Shown one piece after another: positions 36,671 to 46,288 of a stretch of DNA of 64,000 bases. Where the stretch lies: NCBI GenBank assembly GCA_963790205.1, contig CAWBNQ010000001.1, positions 1,056,001 to 1,120,000 of the forward strand, read 5' to 3'. Numbering within the stretch: position 1 is the first letter of the stretch; each line of letters starts with the position of its first letter. This DNA is from Nitrospirota bacterium. Its GTDB lineage: Bacteria > Nitrospirota > UBA9217. The position numbers and the translations under genes were made by a program. The notes under the pieces were generated by a model that had not been told where the DNA came from, did not search any database, and was given only the letters and a program-made list of their open reading frames with translations.

Positions 36671-37581
36671 CGACGATTACTGATACACATATTGATACGC
36701 TTCTTCCTGAAACGAGACAGGTACTCGATCAAGACGATAAGGAACGGATTACGTACATCGAACAAGTGAAGTGGATTCCCTACCCTCAGGCAAATGGAAT
36801 TTTGGACAAGATGGAAGAGCTTTTAACCATACCCAAAAGGACGCGCATGCCATCTTTTTTACTAACAGCGGACAGTCACATGGGGAAGACGAGCATAGCG
36901 AAGGAGTTTGTTAGAAGGCATCCTCCTTCAAACGGCCTGCACGCGGATGCTCACCCCGTTATTTTAGTCGATGCTCCGGACGGACCAGATACTGGCTGGT
37001 TTTATGACAAGATATTCGAGTATCTGTCCGTGCCAGTGAGGACGAGGGACAAGGTCTCAAAAAAAGAAGCCGAGGTGAATTATTACTTTAAGAAGCTAGA
37101 CGTTAAAATGCTCATGGTCGACGAAATACACAATATCCTGAGCGGGCCTAGGACCAGGCAGAGCCTGTTTATGAATGCCTTGAAGGGAATGAACAACCGG
37201 TTGGAGATACCCATCGTCTTGATCGGCACACAAGACGCCAGGAGGGCGATCACTACCGACAACCAAATCAGCAGTAGATTCCCTCCTATTACCCTTTCCC
37301 GGTGGAAGATAGACAGGGATTATCTTTCGATGCTCGCAAGCATAGAGGTGACGCTGCCGCTCCGTAAGCCGTCTGTATTGGCCTCGCAGGACCTGGCGCC
37401 GGATATCCACGACCTCGCCGAGGGACTGACGGGAGAGATATTCTCTTTGATCAATCAAGCGGCGATTATTGCCATTAAAAGGAAAACTGAAAGAATTACG
37501 TACGCCGAAATCAAGGCATGTAACTTTATAAAACCGTCGCAACGAATTGCGGAGTCCACGTTGGCAGGGGTAAGTGAGTGA
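36667..37581 (+). CDS. tnsC: TnsC/TniB AAA+ ATPase
   Basis: WIPYP, Walker A ADSHMGKTS, Walker B MLMVDEIHN, QISSRF; overlaps tnsB stop. Confidence 0.92.
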   Translation: MTTITDTHIDTLLPETRQVLDQDDKERITYIEQVKWIPYPQANGILDKMEELLTIPKRTRMPSFLLTADSHMGKTSIAKEFVRRHPPSNGLHADAHPVILVDAPDGPDTGWFYDKIFEYLSVPVRTRDKVSKKEAEVNYYFKKLDVKMLMVDEIHNILSGPRTRQSLFMNALKGMNNRLEIPIVLIGTQDARRAITTDNQISSRFPPITLSRWKIDRDYLSMLASIEVTLPLRKPSVLASQDLAPDIHDLAEGLTGEIFSLINQAAIIAIKRKTERITYAEIKACNFIKPSQRIAESTLAGVSE

Positions 37582-38779
37582 TGTGATGCGTGGCGTTTAT
37601 CACGACCGGATTGCGGAGGGTAGATTTATTATTAGGTTGGACCCTCTCGAAGACGAGTTGCTGAGCTCGTGGCTGGTGCGCGAGGCTTATGCCCACATAA
37701 CCAGCCCGTTCACGTTTGTTAACCGGCACTTCCCTAAATTAAGTTATGTTTTTTGGACCAGGGATATTGACCTCTCAGCGGCTGACGAAATGCTCGATGT
37801 TTTATCGTTCAAGAGCGGCGTCAGCCGCGAATTACTTTATAAGCTCACCTTGAGATCGTATGAGAGGTATCTCGACGAACATATCGCAACTCATGCGGCC
37901 AACCACCTTATTCAACCCCTGGGTTACCTAAGCTACTATAAAGGAGCAAAGGCGAAACACGGGTTGAGTTTCTGTCCAATCTGCCTTCGTGAAGACGAAA
38001 CGCCATATTTCAGAAAAAAATGGAGACTCACGTTTTCTACCGCGTGCATCATTCATGGCTGTTTCTTGATGGATCGTTGCCAGAAATGCGGCTCGCCGGT
38101 GAAGTTTTACAGGAGTTACTTTGATGGGAGTTTTTCCTATTGTCATAGGTGTGGAGAGGATTACAGGAAAGCTATTCCGGAGCTTGTAGGACCTGATACG
38201 CAGGGGCTGCAAGCTATCAAGCAATTGTACAACATATTAGATTCAGGATGTTTTCAATTTGCAGACCGTTATATGTATTCGCCTCTCTTCTTCGATATAT
38301 TGCGGCAGATTATTAAAATCGCTTGTCATCGGAAGAAAGGTCGGGTTATTTTTGATAAAGATATAAGCACGGTTACTGGGGAACAAATTGGAAACCATTG
38401 CAGATGTAAATATATTTTTGACTATCCGTCAACAATACGCCATTCTATCTTTGCTGCGGCGATGAATGTGCTGCACCGATTCCCGGAAAGTCTTGCAAAC
38501 TTTTTCGAGGCCAACGGCTTGAAAAAGACTGATATCCTCAAGGACCTTAAGTATGTTCCTTATGAGTATTCCGCGATCGCAGATCAATTTGACTATGATG
38601 AAAAACCTATTGTGTTCGATGAAGTCAAAAGCGCGATCGGATACCTTAAAAGAAGAAATAAAAACGTTCACAAGCAGCAGGTTGATGAGTTAATGGGAGT
38701 GCGTCTTCATTTAAAAGGTCAAAGAAAAGATATTAGGAAGCTATTCAAGAAAAAAGGACGTTACCGCATTGCAGCGTGA
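37574..38779 (+). CDS. tniQ: TniQ/TnsD-family target selector with C-terminal extension
   Basis: DELLSSWL, FCPICL, W...C.IH..L.D.C..C, CHRC zinc-binding motifs; 401 aa. Confidence 0.9.
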   Translation: MSDVMRGVYHDRIAEGRFIIRLDPLEDELLSSWLVREAYAHITSPFTFVNRHFPKLSYVFWTRDIDLSAADEMLDVLSFKSGVSRELLYKLTLRSYERYLDEHIATHAANHLIQPLGYLSYYKGAKAKHGLSFCPICLREDETPYFRKKWRLTFSTACIIHGCFLMDRCQKCGSPVKFYRSYFDGSFSYCHRCGEDYRKAIPELVGPDTQGLQAIKQLYNILDSGCFQFADRYMYSPLFFDILRQIIKIACHRKKGRVIFDKDISTVTGEQIGNHCRCKYIFDYPSTIRHSIFAAAMNVLHRFPESLANFFEANGLKKTDILKDLKYVPYEYSAIADQFDYDEKPIVFDEVKSAIGYLKRRNKNVHKQQVDELMGVRLHLKGQRKDIRKLFKKKGRYRIAA

Positions 38780-39228
38780 CCTTTTTTACAGTAAATGCTG
38801 GCTCCATCACGGGCGTTTCTGAAAGGGTCACGCGTATCAGTCATGCATATCCGCAATCGTTCCGCTGTTTTTCCGATCCTGAATGTATTTCTCCACTTTT
38901 TATCCACTCCAAGAGTATTGGTATCGCACCTTCGTGCTACCAAAAATCTCCGTCACATATTTGCTTTCTTCTAACGATGACCATACGGTGGTCTTATTGT
39001 ATTAAGGAACCTTTATATCAAACAAGAAGGCACGGTTTTTATCTTCTTCTAATCAGAGCTACGATTTTGGAATTAACTTGCTGATAGGTAAACTATAGGT
39101 TTTATTTAATAAAGAGAAACAGGCAGGTGGTTAGATGTTTATCCAAGGAGCATAAAAAAATGATACTTGACAATTAGACGTAAATCGTACTATTATAGTA
39201 TAAATAAATACAAAAAAGAGAATTAATA

Positions 39229-39441
39229 ATGGATAATAAAATACAAAAAATAGTACATTTAGGTACAGAAAAACTGCAGGGAAGTAATCGGGTGCAATTG
39301 CCTGGCCCAGTTCTAAAAAATTTAGATCTTCAACATAAGCAGAAAATCGAGTTTTATTTGAATACAGCCACATGGGAAGTCATACTTAAGCCGGTTAAAA
39401 GAAGCGGAAATAACAATGACAAAGCAAAAAAAAATAAATAA
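39229..39441 (+). CDS. Small AbrB/MazE/SpoVT-like DNA-binding protein
   Basis: KLQGSNRVQLPGPVLKNLDL...IEFY...VILKP pattern; TTGACA-18 bp-TATTAT upstream. Confidence 0.55.
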   Translation: MDNKIQKIVHLGTEKLQGSNRVQLPGPVLKNLDLQHKQKIEFYLNTATWEVILKPVKRSGNNNDKAKKNK

Positions 39442-39528
39442 ACAGCATTTGGCAAGCGATCACACATGGAAAAACTCGTATCTGCTCTGTCCTTGGATAA
39501 GCCTGACCTGTAAAACGAGGCAATCATT

Positions 39529-40734
39529 ATGATAAAAATTGATCAGGAAAGTATCCAGTTGTTATCGAATGCTATTCATGATGTGCAGCCCGTAGGCGGC
39601 CTTACGCATTCGTTCTACAGGTATCCAGCTAGATTTTCTCCTCTTTTTGTGCGGGCTGCTATAAGGATATTTAGCAAGCCTGGTGAGGTTGTTTATGACC
39701 CCTTTATGGGAGGAGGGACTACAATTGTAGAAGCCGTAGCCTCTGGTCGACGCGCCATTGGAACTGACATAAATAGTCTAGCTGTATTTATTGCGAAGGT
39801 TAAAACGACACCGATAACGGATGACGACCTTTCGATAATGCGCTCTTGGCTTTTAAACTGTCAGGAGGGGCTTAATTTACATCGAGCGGCAATACGCGCG
39901 TCTGAATGGATTGAACTCGGATATCAAAGAAACATTAGTGGGAAAAAAACTTGGCCAATTAGGAAGATACTTGAACTGGCCTTAGCACAAATAAGCATCT
40001 TGCCAAAAACTAGCCAGCAGAACTTTGTGAGGTGCGTATTGCTGCGAACGGCACAGTGGGCGATTGATTGTAAAGAGGAACTGCCTTCTGCAAGTGAATT
40101 TCGACGAAAGTGTCTTCAGTTTTTTGAAGAAATGGCGGATGCTGCGAGCGAGCTTCGGCAATTAATTAAAAAAGGCAGAAAAGATTCGAACGGCTTAGCT
40201 TTTGAAAAGCCAATATGTTTGAATAGATCTGCCGCGGGGATTGAGACGGTGAAGAGCGTTAAAAAATATATACCACCACGATTAATATTAACATCACCAC
40301 CTTATCCCGGCGTTCATGTTCTCTATCATCGCTGGCAAGTTAATGGTCGAAAAGAAACACCCGCTCCATACTGGATTGCGGGCTCTTTAGATGGGAATGG
40401 TGCTGCTTATTATACTTTTGGAAGTAGAAGGGAAGAATATCTTCAGACATATTATAATCAAGCACGAACTGTATATTCCTCACTTGCTAAAATTGCGGAT
40501 AAAAAAACAACATTGATTCAACTTGTTGCTTTTTCTGATCCTTCCTGGCAGTTGCCAGCTTTCCTTGAAGTATTGCAACAAGCAGGATTTTGTGAAATAC
40601 AAGTACCTAATAATTTAAAAGATAATGACGAGCATGTTTGGCGCCAAGTGCCCAATCGCAAATTCTATGCAAGCCAAAAAGGTAGCATTACTGCAAGCAA
40701 GGAATTATTATTGATTCATAGACTTCGCTATTAA
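39529..40734 (+). CDS. Amino-DNA methyltransferase (SPPY motif, probably m4C; alpha-type motif order)
   Basis: H.FYRYPARF, motif I DPFMGGGTT before catalytic LTSPPY. Confidence 0.85.
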   Translation: MIKIDQESIQLLSNAIHDVQPVGGLTHSFYRYPARFSPLFVRAAIRIFSKPGEVVYDPFMGGGTTIVEAVASGRRAIGTDINSLAVFIAKVKTTPITDDDLSIMRSWLLNCQEGLNLHRAAIRASEWIELGYQRNISGKKTWPIRKILELALAQISILPKTSQQNFVRCVLLRTAQWAIDCKEELPSASEFRRKCLQFFEEMADAASELRQLIKKGRKDSNGLAFEKPICLNRSAAGIETVKSVKKYIPPRLILTSPPYPGVHVLYHRWQVNGRKETPAPYWIAGSLDGNGAAYYTFGSRREEYLQTYYNQARTVYSSLAKIADKKTTLIQLVAFSDPSWQLPAFLEVLQQAGFCEIQVPNNLKDNDEHVWRQVPNRKFYASQKGSITASKELLLIHRLRY

Positions 40735-40909
40735 TGGTCTCATAATCGACTCGACTCATCACGAGTTGAATATCGTTATTCTTGCGGCGATTCTGAGCGT
40801 GAAGCCAGCCTTCGTCATGCGTAATCTGCATTCCAGATAGGAACGGTCGGTAATAACGGCCGATGATATGTACAAACAATTGTGAGAATATTAATAGGCG
40901 TATTGTCCT

Positions 40910-43432
40910 TTATGTGGCTTCACCTGAAACATTTTTTGGGAGGCTACTTTCCAAATCCAAATCACCAAGTGAGTCAATCATGGGAACAATAATTGGAGCA
41001 ATTGCCTTGCTAACCATTTCAACTCTTTGCTCAATACTTTCCTGTGGAGAACGCTCTCTAGTTGTCTCCTTGTCGGCTTCAGTTTTTTTCCTATCTTGAA
41101 CGTCTTGCTGTAATAGCGCGAGGCCAACAAGTACTAGACCATATTTAAAGCGCGCTCTAATAATCTCGGGCTCTTCCTGCCCTGCGGATTTTAATTCCGT
41201 TTTTAAATATAAATTATCCATGTTAATAAAAAAATCATAGATATCAGGTCCGTCAGGATCATCTTCTGCCGCATCTTGTTTACCTGCATTTACGATTCTT
41301 AGTGCTGAATATTGGTCGAAATTATATTGAGACCATTCGGCTTCAAAAATTGGTATAATATTTGGCATTTGTATGCCAGAAGGGATCTCTCGCTCTTGTC
41401 CTTCCTTGTTACTCGGCGGCTTTGGGGGCCGAGGATTGCTAGGTTTAGGTAGCTTGTCAAGTTCCTCTAGTACGTTAACCGAGAACTTATTAATAAATGG
41501 TTCGATACGCGATGGATCGTTAACCCTAGATACAAACTGTAAAACTTGTCCAACGTAAACTCCCTCTGGTTGTTTAAAACTGAGAGTTGCAATGCCATTT
41601 TGAAGATTAACAATGCGATTATGGACTGGAACTGAAATATCCTCGCTTTGATCTAAAAGTGATAACTCAAATTCACCGGTATCTACATCACGGCTAAAGT
41701 AGTCATTTTTGGCATCCGTCTCGAACAAAATTCTACAACGCATATTTATATGACACCCTCGTTCTAATTCGACGGTGTAATTTTTCCCCTTAAATTTGAA
41801 ATAAGATGGAAATTTTTTTCCTTCATAAGGTTTTTCCTCAGACTGACTCTTTAACGTCTTAAAAGGGATAGAGAGACGCTTTCCTTGTAGAAACAGCGCT
41901 GAGAGGATGGGGGAGTGTTGTAAAAGATTTTCAAGAATATTCTCAAGAGGCTTTGAATCGTCGAGTTTAGCGGCTATCTCTTCCCGACGTCGGCGCTCTT
42001 TAAGCTCACGAAGACCATCATGGCTTTTAAGCAAGTCTTCAAGTGACTGTTCGATTTCGCTTTTTAGTTCCACACCGCTAAGACGATCTCGGCTATTCAT
42101 AAAGAGATCTTCACGTGAACGTCCACTCAACTTGCTGCAATCGATAGTAACGAGTAATGAATCGGCAAGATATGAAAGGCCAACTTTTTTTCTAATAAAA
42201 AAATCCGTCGTTAAATGACCATGAGTTTGTCCGTTCATCACGAAAATAATGCCTTCATTTTTTCGATAAGTTTCGGCCCGCCCCTTTTTAAATGCATAAA
42301 TCGTCACCATCATTTCTTCACCCATAACATTCATTTGTGCCGATGCTGGAAAGTCGGGTTCGAGATTTTCAGCCTTATCATCCTCCAACCTAACCTTAAT
42401 TCCGGTCAGTGTTGTGTCAAAACTGCCTGTATGGCCGGCGTACGCTCGGCATTCATGCAAACGAATTGGCAATGCAATATCTGGTAATAGGAGATCTATG
42501 CGGTATAAGATTCCGTCTTTCCGAAGGATATGAGATTTATAATATCCAGTCGCGGCATATTCAAATAATTTTATTAACGTACCCCAGGACGATTCTCGTG
42601 AATAGGCGTTTTGTCCATCAGGGAAAATGGGTAAAGATTTTGACTCGAAAGATAATATATTACCCCTATTAGAGCATTTATCGGCATCTATGGGGGCAAG
42701 ATAGGTATAAGTTGAACTACGACGATTTCCTTCCGGATCTTCTCTTCTAACGATTGTAAACCCCCACTGCATATCTCTAGACGTGCACGAATCGGTATTT
42801 AATAAGGCGGGATTGCGTTTGCTTACAATTAATTCTAAATTGCGTTTTCCACAAAACTTCAAGACGCCCGTACCACCCATGTTGAATTTGCCTTGAACAA
42901 ACGGAATTCTAAGCTTGTTAGAGCGATTAAGAGAAAGAAGCGTGTTTGGCATAGCGTCTGGAGTTTGCCCTTCACCACTGTCAGAAATAGTAAAGCAAAG
43001 ATTGCCTACCTTCGCAGTAGCACCTGTTGCAGCAAGTGTAATTCCACGTGAAATCTCTGTACGTTTCGACGGAGACCATTCTCTTATTAGTCCCGCATGT
43101 GCTGCGATCGGATTTATTGCCGATTCGAAGAAGAGAGCAACAGCCTCTCGTATTGTATGCGGGGCTTTTGACCCCTCAGGGTCTATTTTATGGACGAGAC
43201 ATTCATTCATGAGTCTAGCGTCTACGCTGTTTACTAGTTTTTCAACAAGTGCAGCGTCAGGCTTGCTTTGCTGATTGCCCATCGTGTTATAGTTACTTTC
43301 ATAGTCCCCGTAGAAACGCCAACATTCATGTCTATCCCAAAAACCTGCCTTTTGCAGAAGAGCAATAACTTCCGTTTCAGAATCAGACGTTATCAGCGTC
43401 AAACAAAGGGTTTTAAGTTCTTCGTTGTTCAT
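40910..43432 (-). CDS. Large GHKL (HATPase_c/MORC-like) ATPase domain protein
   Basis: N-box LVEKLVNSVDA, G1 ISDSGEGQ, G2 QGKFNMGGTG, later GTLIKL; long uncharacterised C-terminal half. Confidence 0.75.
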   Translation of the reverse strand: MNNEELKTLCLTLITSDSETEVIALLQKAGFWDRHECWRFYGDYESNYNTMGNQQSKPDAALVEKLVNSVDARLMNECLVHKIDPEGSKAPHTIREAVALFFESAINPIAAHAGLIREWSPSKRTEISRGITLAATGATAKVGNLCFTISDSGEGQTPDAMPNTLLSLNRSNKLRIPFVQGKFNMGGTGVLKFCGKRNLELIVSKRNPALLNTDSCTSRDMQWGFTIVRREDPEGNRRSSTYTYLAPIDADKCSNRGNILSFESKSLPIFPDGQNAYSRESSWGTLIKLFEYAATGYYKSHILRKDGILYRIDLLLPDIALPIRLHECRAYAGHTGSFDTTLTGIKVRLEDDKAENLEPDFPASAQMNVMGEEMMVTIYAFKKGRAETYRKNEGIIFVMNGQTHGHLTTDFFIRKKVGLSYLADSLLVTIDCSKLSGRSREDLFMNSRDRLSGVELKSEIEQSLEDLLKSHDGLRELKERRRREEIAAKLDDSKPLENILENLLQHSPILSALFLQGKRLSIPFKTLKSQSEEKPYEGKKFPSYFKFKGKNYTVELERGCHINMRCRILFETDAKNDYFSRDVDTGEFELSLLDQSEDISVPVHNRIVNLQNGIATLSFKQPEGVYVGQVLQFVSRVNDPSRIEPFINKFSVNVLEELDKLPKPSNPRPPKPPSNKEGQEREIPSGIQMPNIIPIFEAEWSQYNFDQYSALRIVNAGKQDAAEDDPDGPDIYDFFINMDNLYLKTELKSAGQEEPEIIRARFKYGLVLVGLALLQQDVQDRKKTEADKETTRERSPQESIEQRVEMVSKAIAPIIVPMIDSLGDLDLESSLPKNVSGEAT

Positions 43433-43466
43433 AATTTGTTTCTCCTTTTATGAGTAAACAATATCT

Positions 43467-43694
43467 TTACAATTCAAACTCGATTTTCTCATCCTGTCCC
43501 TTTCTTTCAAATCTTGCCTTAACATCATTAATAGCATTAGAAAGTGCTTTGTAAATTTTTCTGGCGTCCTCGTCAGTATAGCTATAATTACTTCTATTTG
43601 ATAAGTTTCCGATTAGTCTAATGTCATTTAATGCCCGTCTGACCCTCTTTTGTGCTAAATCTACAAACTTTTTTCTATCTCTTTCTTTACTCAT
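43467..43694 (-). CDS. Small helical conserved hypothetical protein, putative regulator
   Basis: KFVDLAQKRVRRAL..IRLIGNLSNRSNYSY; RBS GGAGG; 34 bp upstream of the GHKL gene. Confidence 0.75.
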   Translation of the reverse strand: MSKERDRKKFVDLAQKRVRRALNDIRLIGNLSNRSNYSYTDEDARKIYKALSNAINDVKARFERKGQDEKIEFEL

Positions 43695-43715
43695 AATATC
43701 CTCCAATTATGTAAG

Positions 43716-43752
43716 TAGTACATATTATAAATGTACTATGCATAAATGTCAA
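43716..43752 (-). promoter_or_regulatory. Consensus sigma70 promoter overlapped by an 8-bp inverted-repeat operator
   Basis: Minus strand TTGACA-17 bp-TATAAT (43752-43724); TAGTACAT-N7-ATGTACTA (43716-43738) straddles the -10 box. Confidence 0.8.
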
Positions 43753-43919
43753 CTATAAAGTAATATATATTTAATAAATGCAATTACGGCATATTACTGA
43801 ATTCTGAGCTGTATCCATAAATGGCTCTCATTGAGGCTTTATTATTTTGACAGCAGCGTTTTAAACTGATAAAGTCTCTGCGTATTCTATGCATAGCTGT
43901 CCTAAGGGAGATATAGTAA

Positions 43920-44603
43920 TTGGGACTAGGTGAACTATATTCACAAAACGTTTTTGCAGTCGCTCAAGAACTTAAGAAAAAGTATAAAGATTTTCAACAT
44001 TATAATAAAAAAAATCCTCTTGATGAGTTAATTTTTATTCTTTGTAGCATAAAGCGCAGTGAGCGAGTTTACTGTCGAGCCTTTAAATCTTTAAAGCAAG
44101 CGTATCCTTCATTCGCAAAACTTAGTCAAGCGTCTGAAGGAGAACTTGTCACACAGGTATCATGGGGCGGCTTGCAGAATTATAAAGCAAAGACACTTAG
44201 AGGTCTTATGAACGCAATAACTGTGAAATTCGGTCGGCCGACCCTTGCACCACTTTTCAACATGACGCAAGCTGAGTGCGAAAACTTTCTCTGTTCTCTT
44301 CCAGGCGTAGGGAAAAAAGTTGCCAGATGTGTAATGTTGTATTCACTCAATATGAAAGTTTATCCCGTGGATACACATTGCTGTAGAGTTTCACGGAGGA
44401 TAGGCTGGCTAAAGTCCACAACGAAAAATAAGTTCTGCTCATCTGTTGAGATGGACTCGCTACAAGAAATGATCCCTCCGAAATTGCGACTTTCATTGCA
44501 TGTTAACATGATTTCGTTAGGTAGAGATAAATGCTTAGCCCAATTTCCAAAATGTAGTAGTTGCCCAATATCAAGATACTGCCTTGAAGTTAGTACTTCT
44601 TAA
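43920..44603 (+). CDS. HhH-GPD DNA glycosylase, endonuclease III-like, [4Fe-4S]
   Basis: HhH LPGVGKKVA, PVDTH, C-x6-C-x2-C-x5-C. Confidence 0.9.
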   Translation: MGLGELYSQNVFAVAQELKKKYKDFQHYNKKNPLDELIFILCSIKRSERVYCRAFKSLKQAYPSFAKLSQASEGELVTQVSWGGLQNYKAKTLRGLMNAITVKFGRPTLAPLFNMTQAECENFLCSLPGVGKKVARCVMLYSLNMKVYPVDTHCCRVSRRIGWLKSTTKNKFCSSVEMDSLQEMIPPKLRLSLHVNMISLGRDKCLAQFPKCSSCPISRYCLEVSTS

Positions 44604-44960
44604 TATATGCAATATGAAAAAACCAATGAATTAATTAGGAGTACTCTATTAAGATAGTCTATTATGAATCGAATCAGATATCATCAATGTGAGTATCAGG
44701 ATATTCTGACAGAAATTACATATAGGGGTGGACTATGTGGCAGATAGAAGTCCGGCATGATGGTCTCAATAAATATCGTGTTATTAGAGGGAACGACAAA
44801 TACATTGTTGATCAAAAAGCGGAAGCCCAGAAAGCAGTCTGGGACGAGATGTGGCAGAAGAGGGTTGTGAGGGAACAACAGGCTCGCAAAACACAGTCGA
44901 AGCTTGACGAAGCTGAGGCCAGAACCAAGAATGCTTCCGATGCTATTGCAGCACTCACTA

Positions 44961-46061
44961 ATACAAACGCACTAAGTAATGTTACAAAGTCGCCTGACTT
45001 TGTGCTTTGACCACGAGTCAAGCGTCCTTTGGACCGTTGCCCAGATTGCGTCAAGGTTATCGAACCACCGGTTGGTAGTTGATTCATAGCGAATCTGGCG
45101 CCATATGCGTTCCTGCATATTCAAGGCAGGCTGATATGGTGGTAAGTACACAATCCGGAGTCGTTTATGCTTTCTGAGAAACTCCCGGATTGGGTCACCC
45201 CTATGCCAACGAGCTCGGTCAACATACAGCCAGATAGTGTAGCCACGAAGCTGGCTATAAAGGTGCCGCAGCACTTTGAGAAAACCTTCTCGGTTGCCAC
45301 GTTCCGTTTGGATGACGCCGGCACGAGCCAGAAGAGGAGCCACCCAGCCGGAAACATTCAAACGTTTCTGATGCTGGCTGGTTGTCGGCACTTTCAACCG
45401 TTTCCCGATGAGCGCCCAGCCGCGGCCAAGCCGAGGGTGCAGAGTAAAACCGCATTCGTCCTGAAAAACCACAGTTTCTTTAGGACCCAGCGTTTTGAGT
45501 TTTTTTTAGGCTCCTGGCAAACTTCTTCGCGTCTTCTGCCTTTGCCTGGAGATAAACGTGATTGGCTCGCTTTAACCGATACCCAAGTTGATGCATCCAG
45601 TATTGGGCCTGACGGACTTTCAGCTTTATCCCGAACTGGCGCTGTAAATGAGTTGCCAAAGTGGGGCCATCCCATCGAATACGATTTAAGCCGAACTTCT
45701 GGGGCGATTCCTCCAGTTGAAGCTCTAGCTGAGCTACGATCTTAGGAGTCATCCGAACTGGACGGCCTGACTGCTTTTTCGGGACAAGGGCTTCTACTCC
45801 GTCCTTGTTTACCGCCCGCGTCCAGCGGTTTACGTTCATCCGGGTCTGGCCTAGGACTTCTGAGATCCACCCCGGTCGTTGACCCTCCATTACCAAGAGG
45901 AGGGTAGCTATCTTTATGCCGATCCAAGCTCCTGGCACCTTCTCTGCGAGGGCCAGCAATTGCTCTTTGGACACCTTTATTGGGCTTGCAGGGGATGTTT
46001 TCATGCCCCCAGAATAACATAAAGTATGGTTAAAGTGTAACAATATTTACTGCGTTTGTAT
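44961..46061 (-). mobile_element. IS630-family insertion sequence, copy 1 (1101 bp)
   Basis: 26-bp IRs ATACAAACGCACTAAGTAATGTTACA / ATACAAACGCAGTAAATATTGTTACA, TA duplication; HTH ORF (46004-45480) plus DDE ORF (FQDE, VDRARWH, LNMQERIW, ends 44972). Confidence 0.95.
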
Positions 46062-46288
46062 TAATATATTAAAACATGGCCTGAAAGTTGACGACGCGAT
46101 CAAATGGGAATCCCTCAAGGACAGGTCCAATTTTCCAAAACCCAAGCCGGATTCTCCTGCCCCGTTGAATCCTCGTCCGGTACCTAAAGAAACAGATCCG
46201 CAATTACGACCAAGGATCGGTTTTTTCGAACGGTTTATAGCGTCCAGGCGTGAGAAGCGAATCAACGAGGCCAAGCAGCGTTTCACTA

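Noticed and set aside
36865..36894. Non-canonical Walker A in TnsC (ADSHMGKT) as a sign of inactivation
   Set aside because: A small residue in place of the first Gly is tolerated, and GKT, Walker B and the arginine-finger region are intact.
38776..39084. Small ORFs between tniQ and the AbrB-like gene
   Set aside because: No RBS or recognisable motif; probably degraded or non-coding.
44735..45010. 91-aa ORF and the 391-aa ORF at 47409 as separate genes
   Set aside because: Both are fragments of one IS-interrupted Mrr-family gene.
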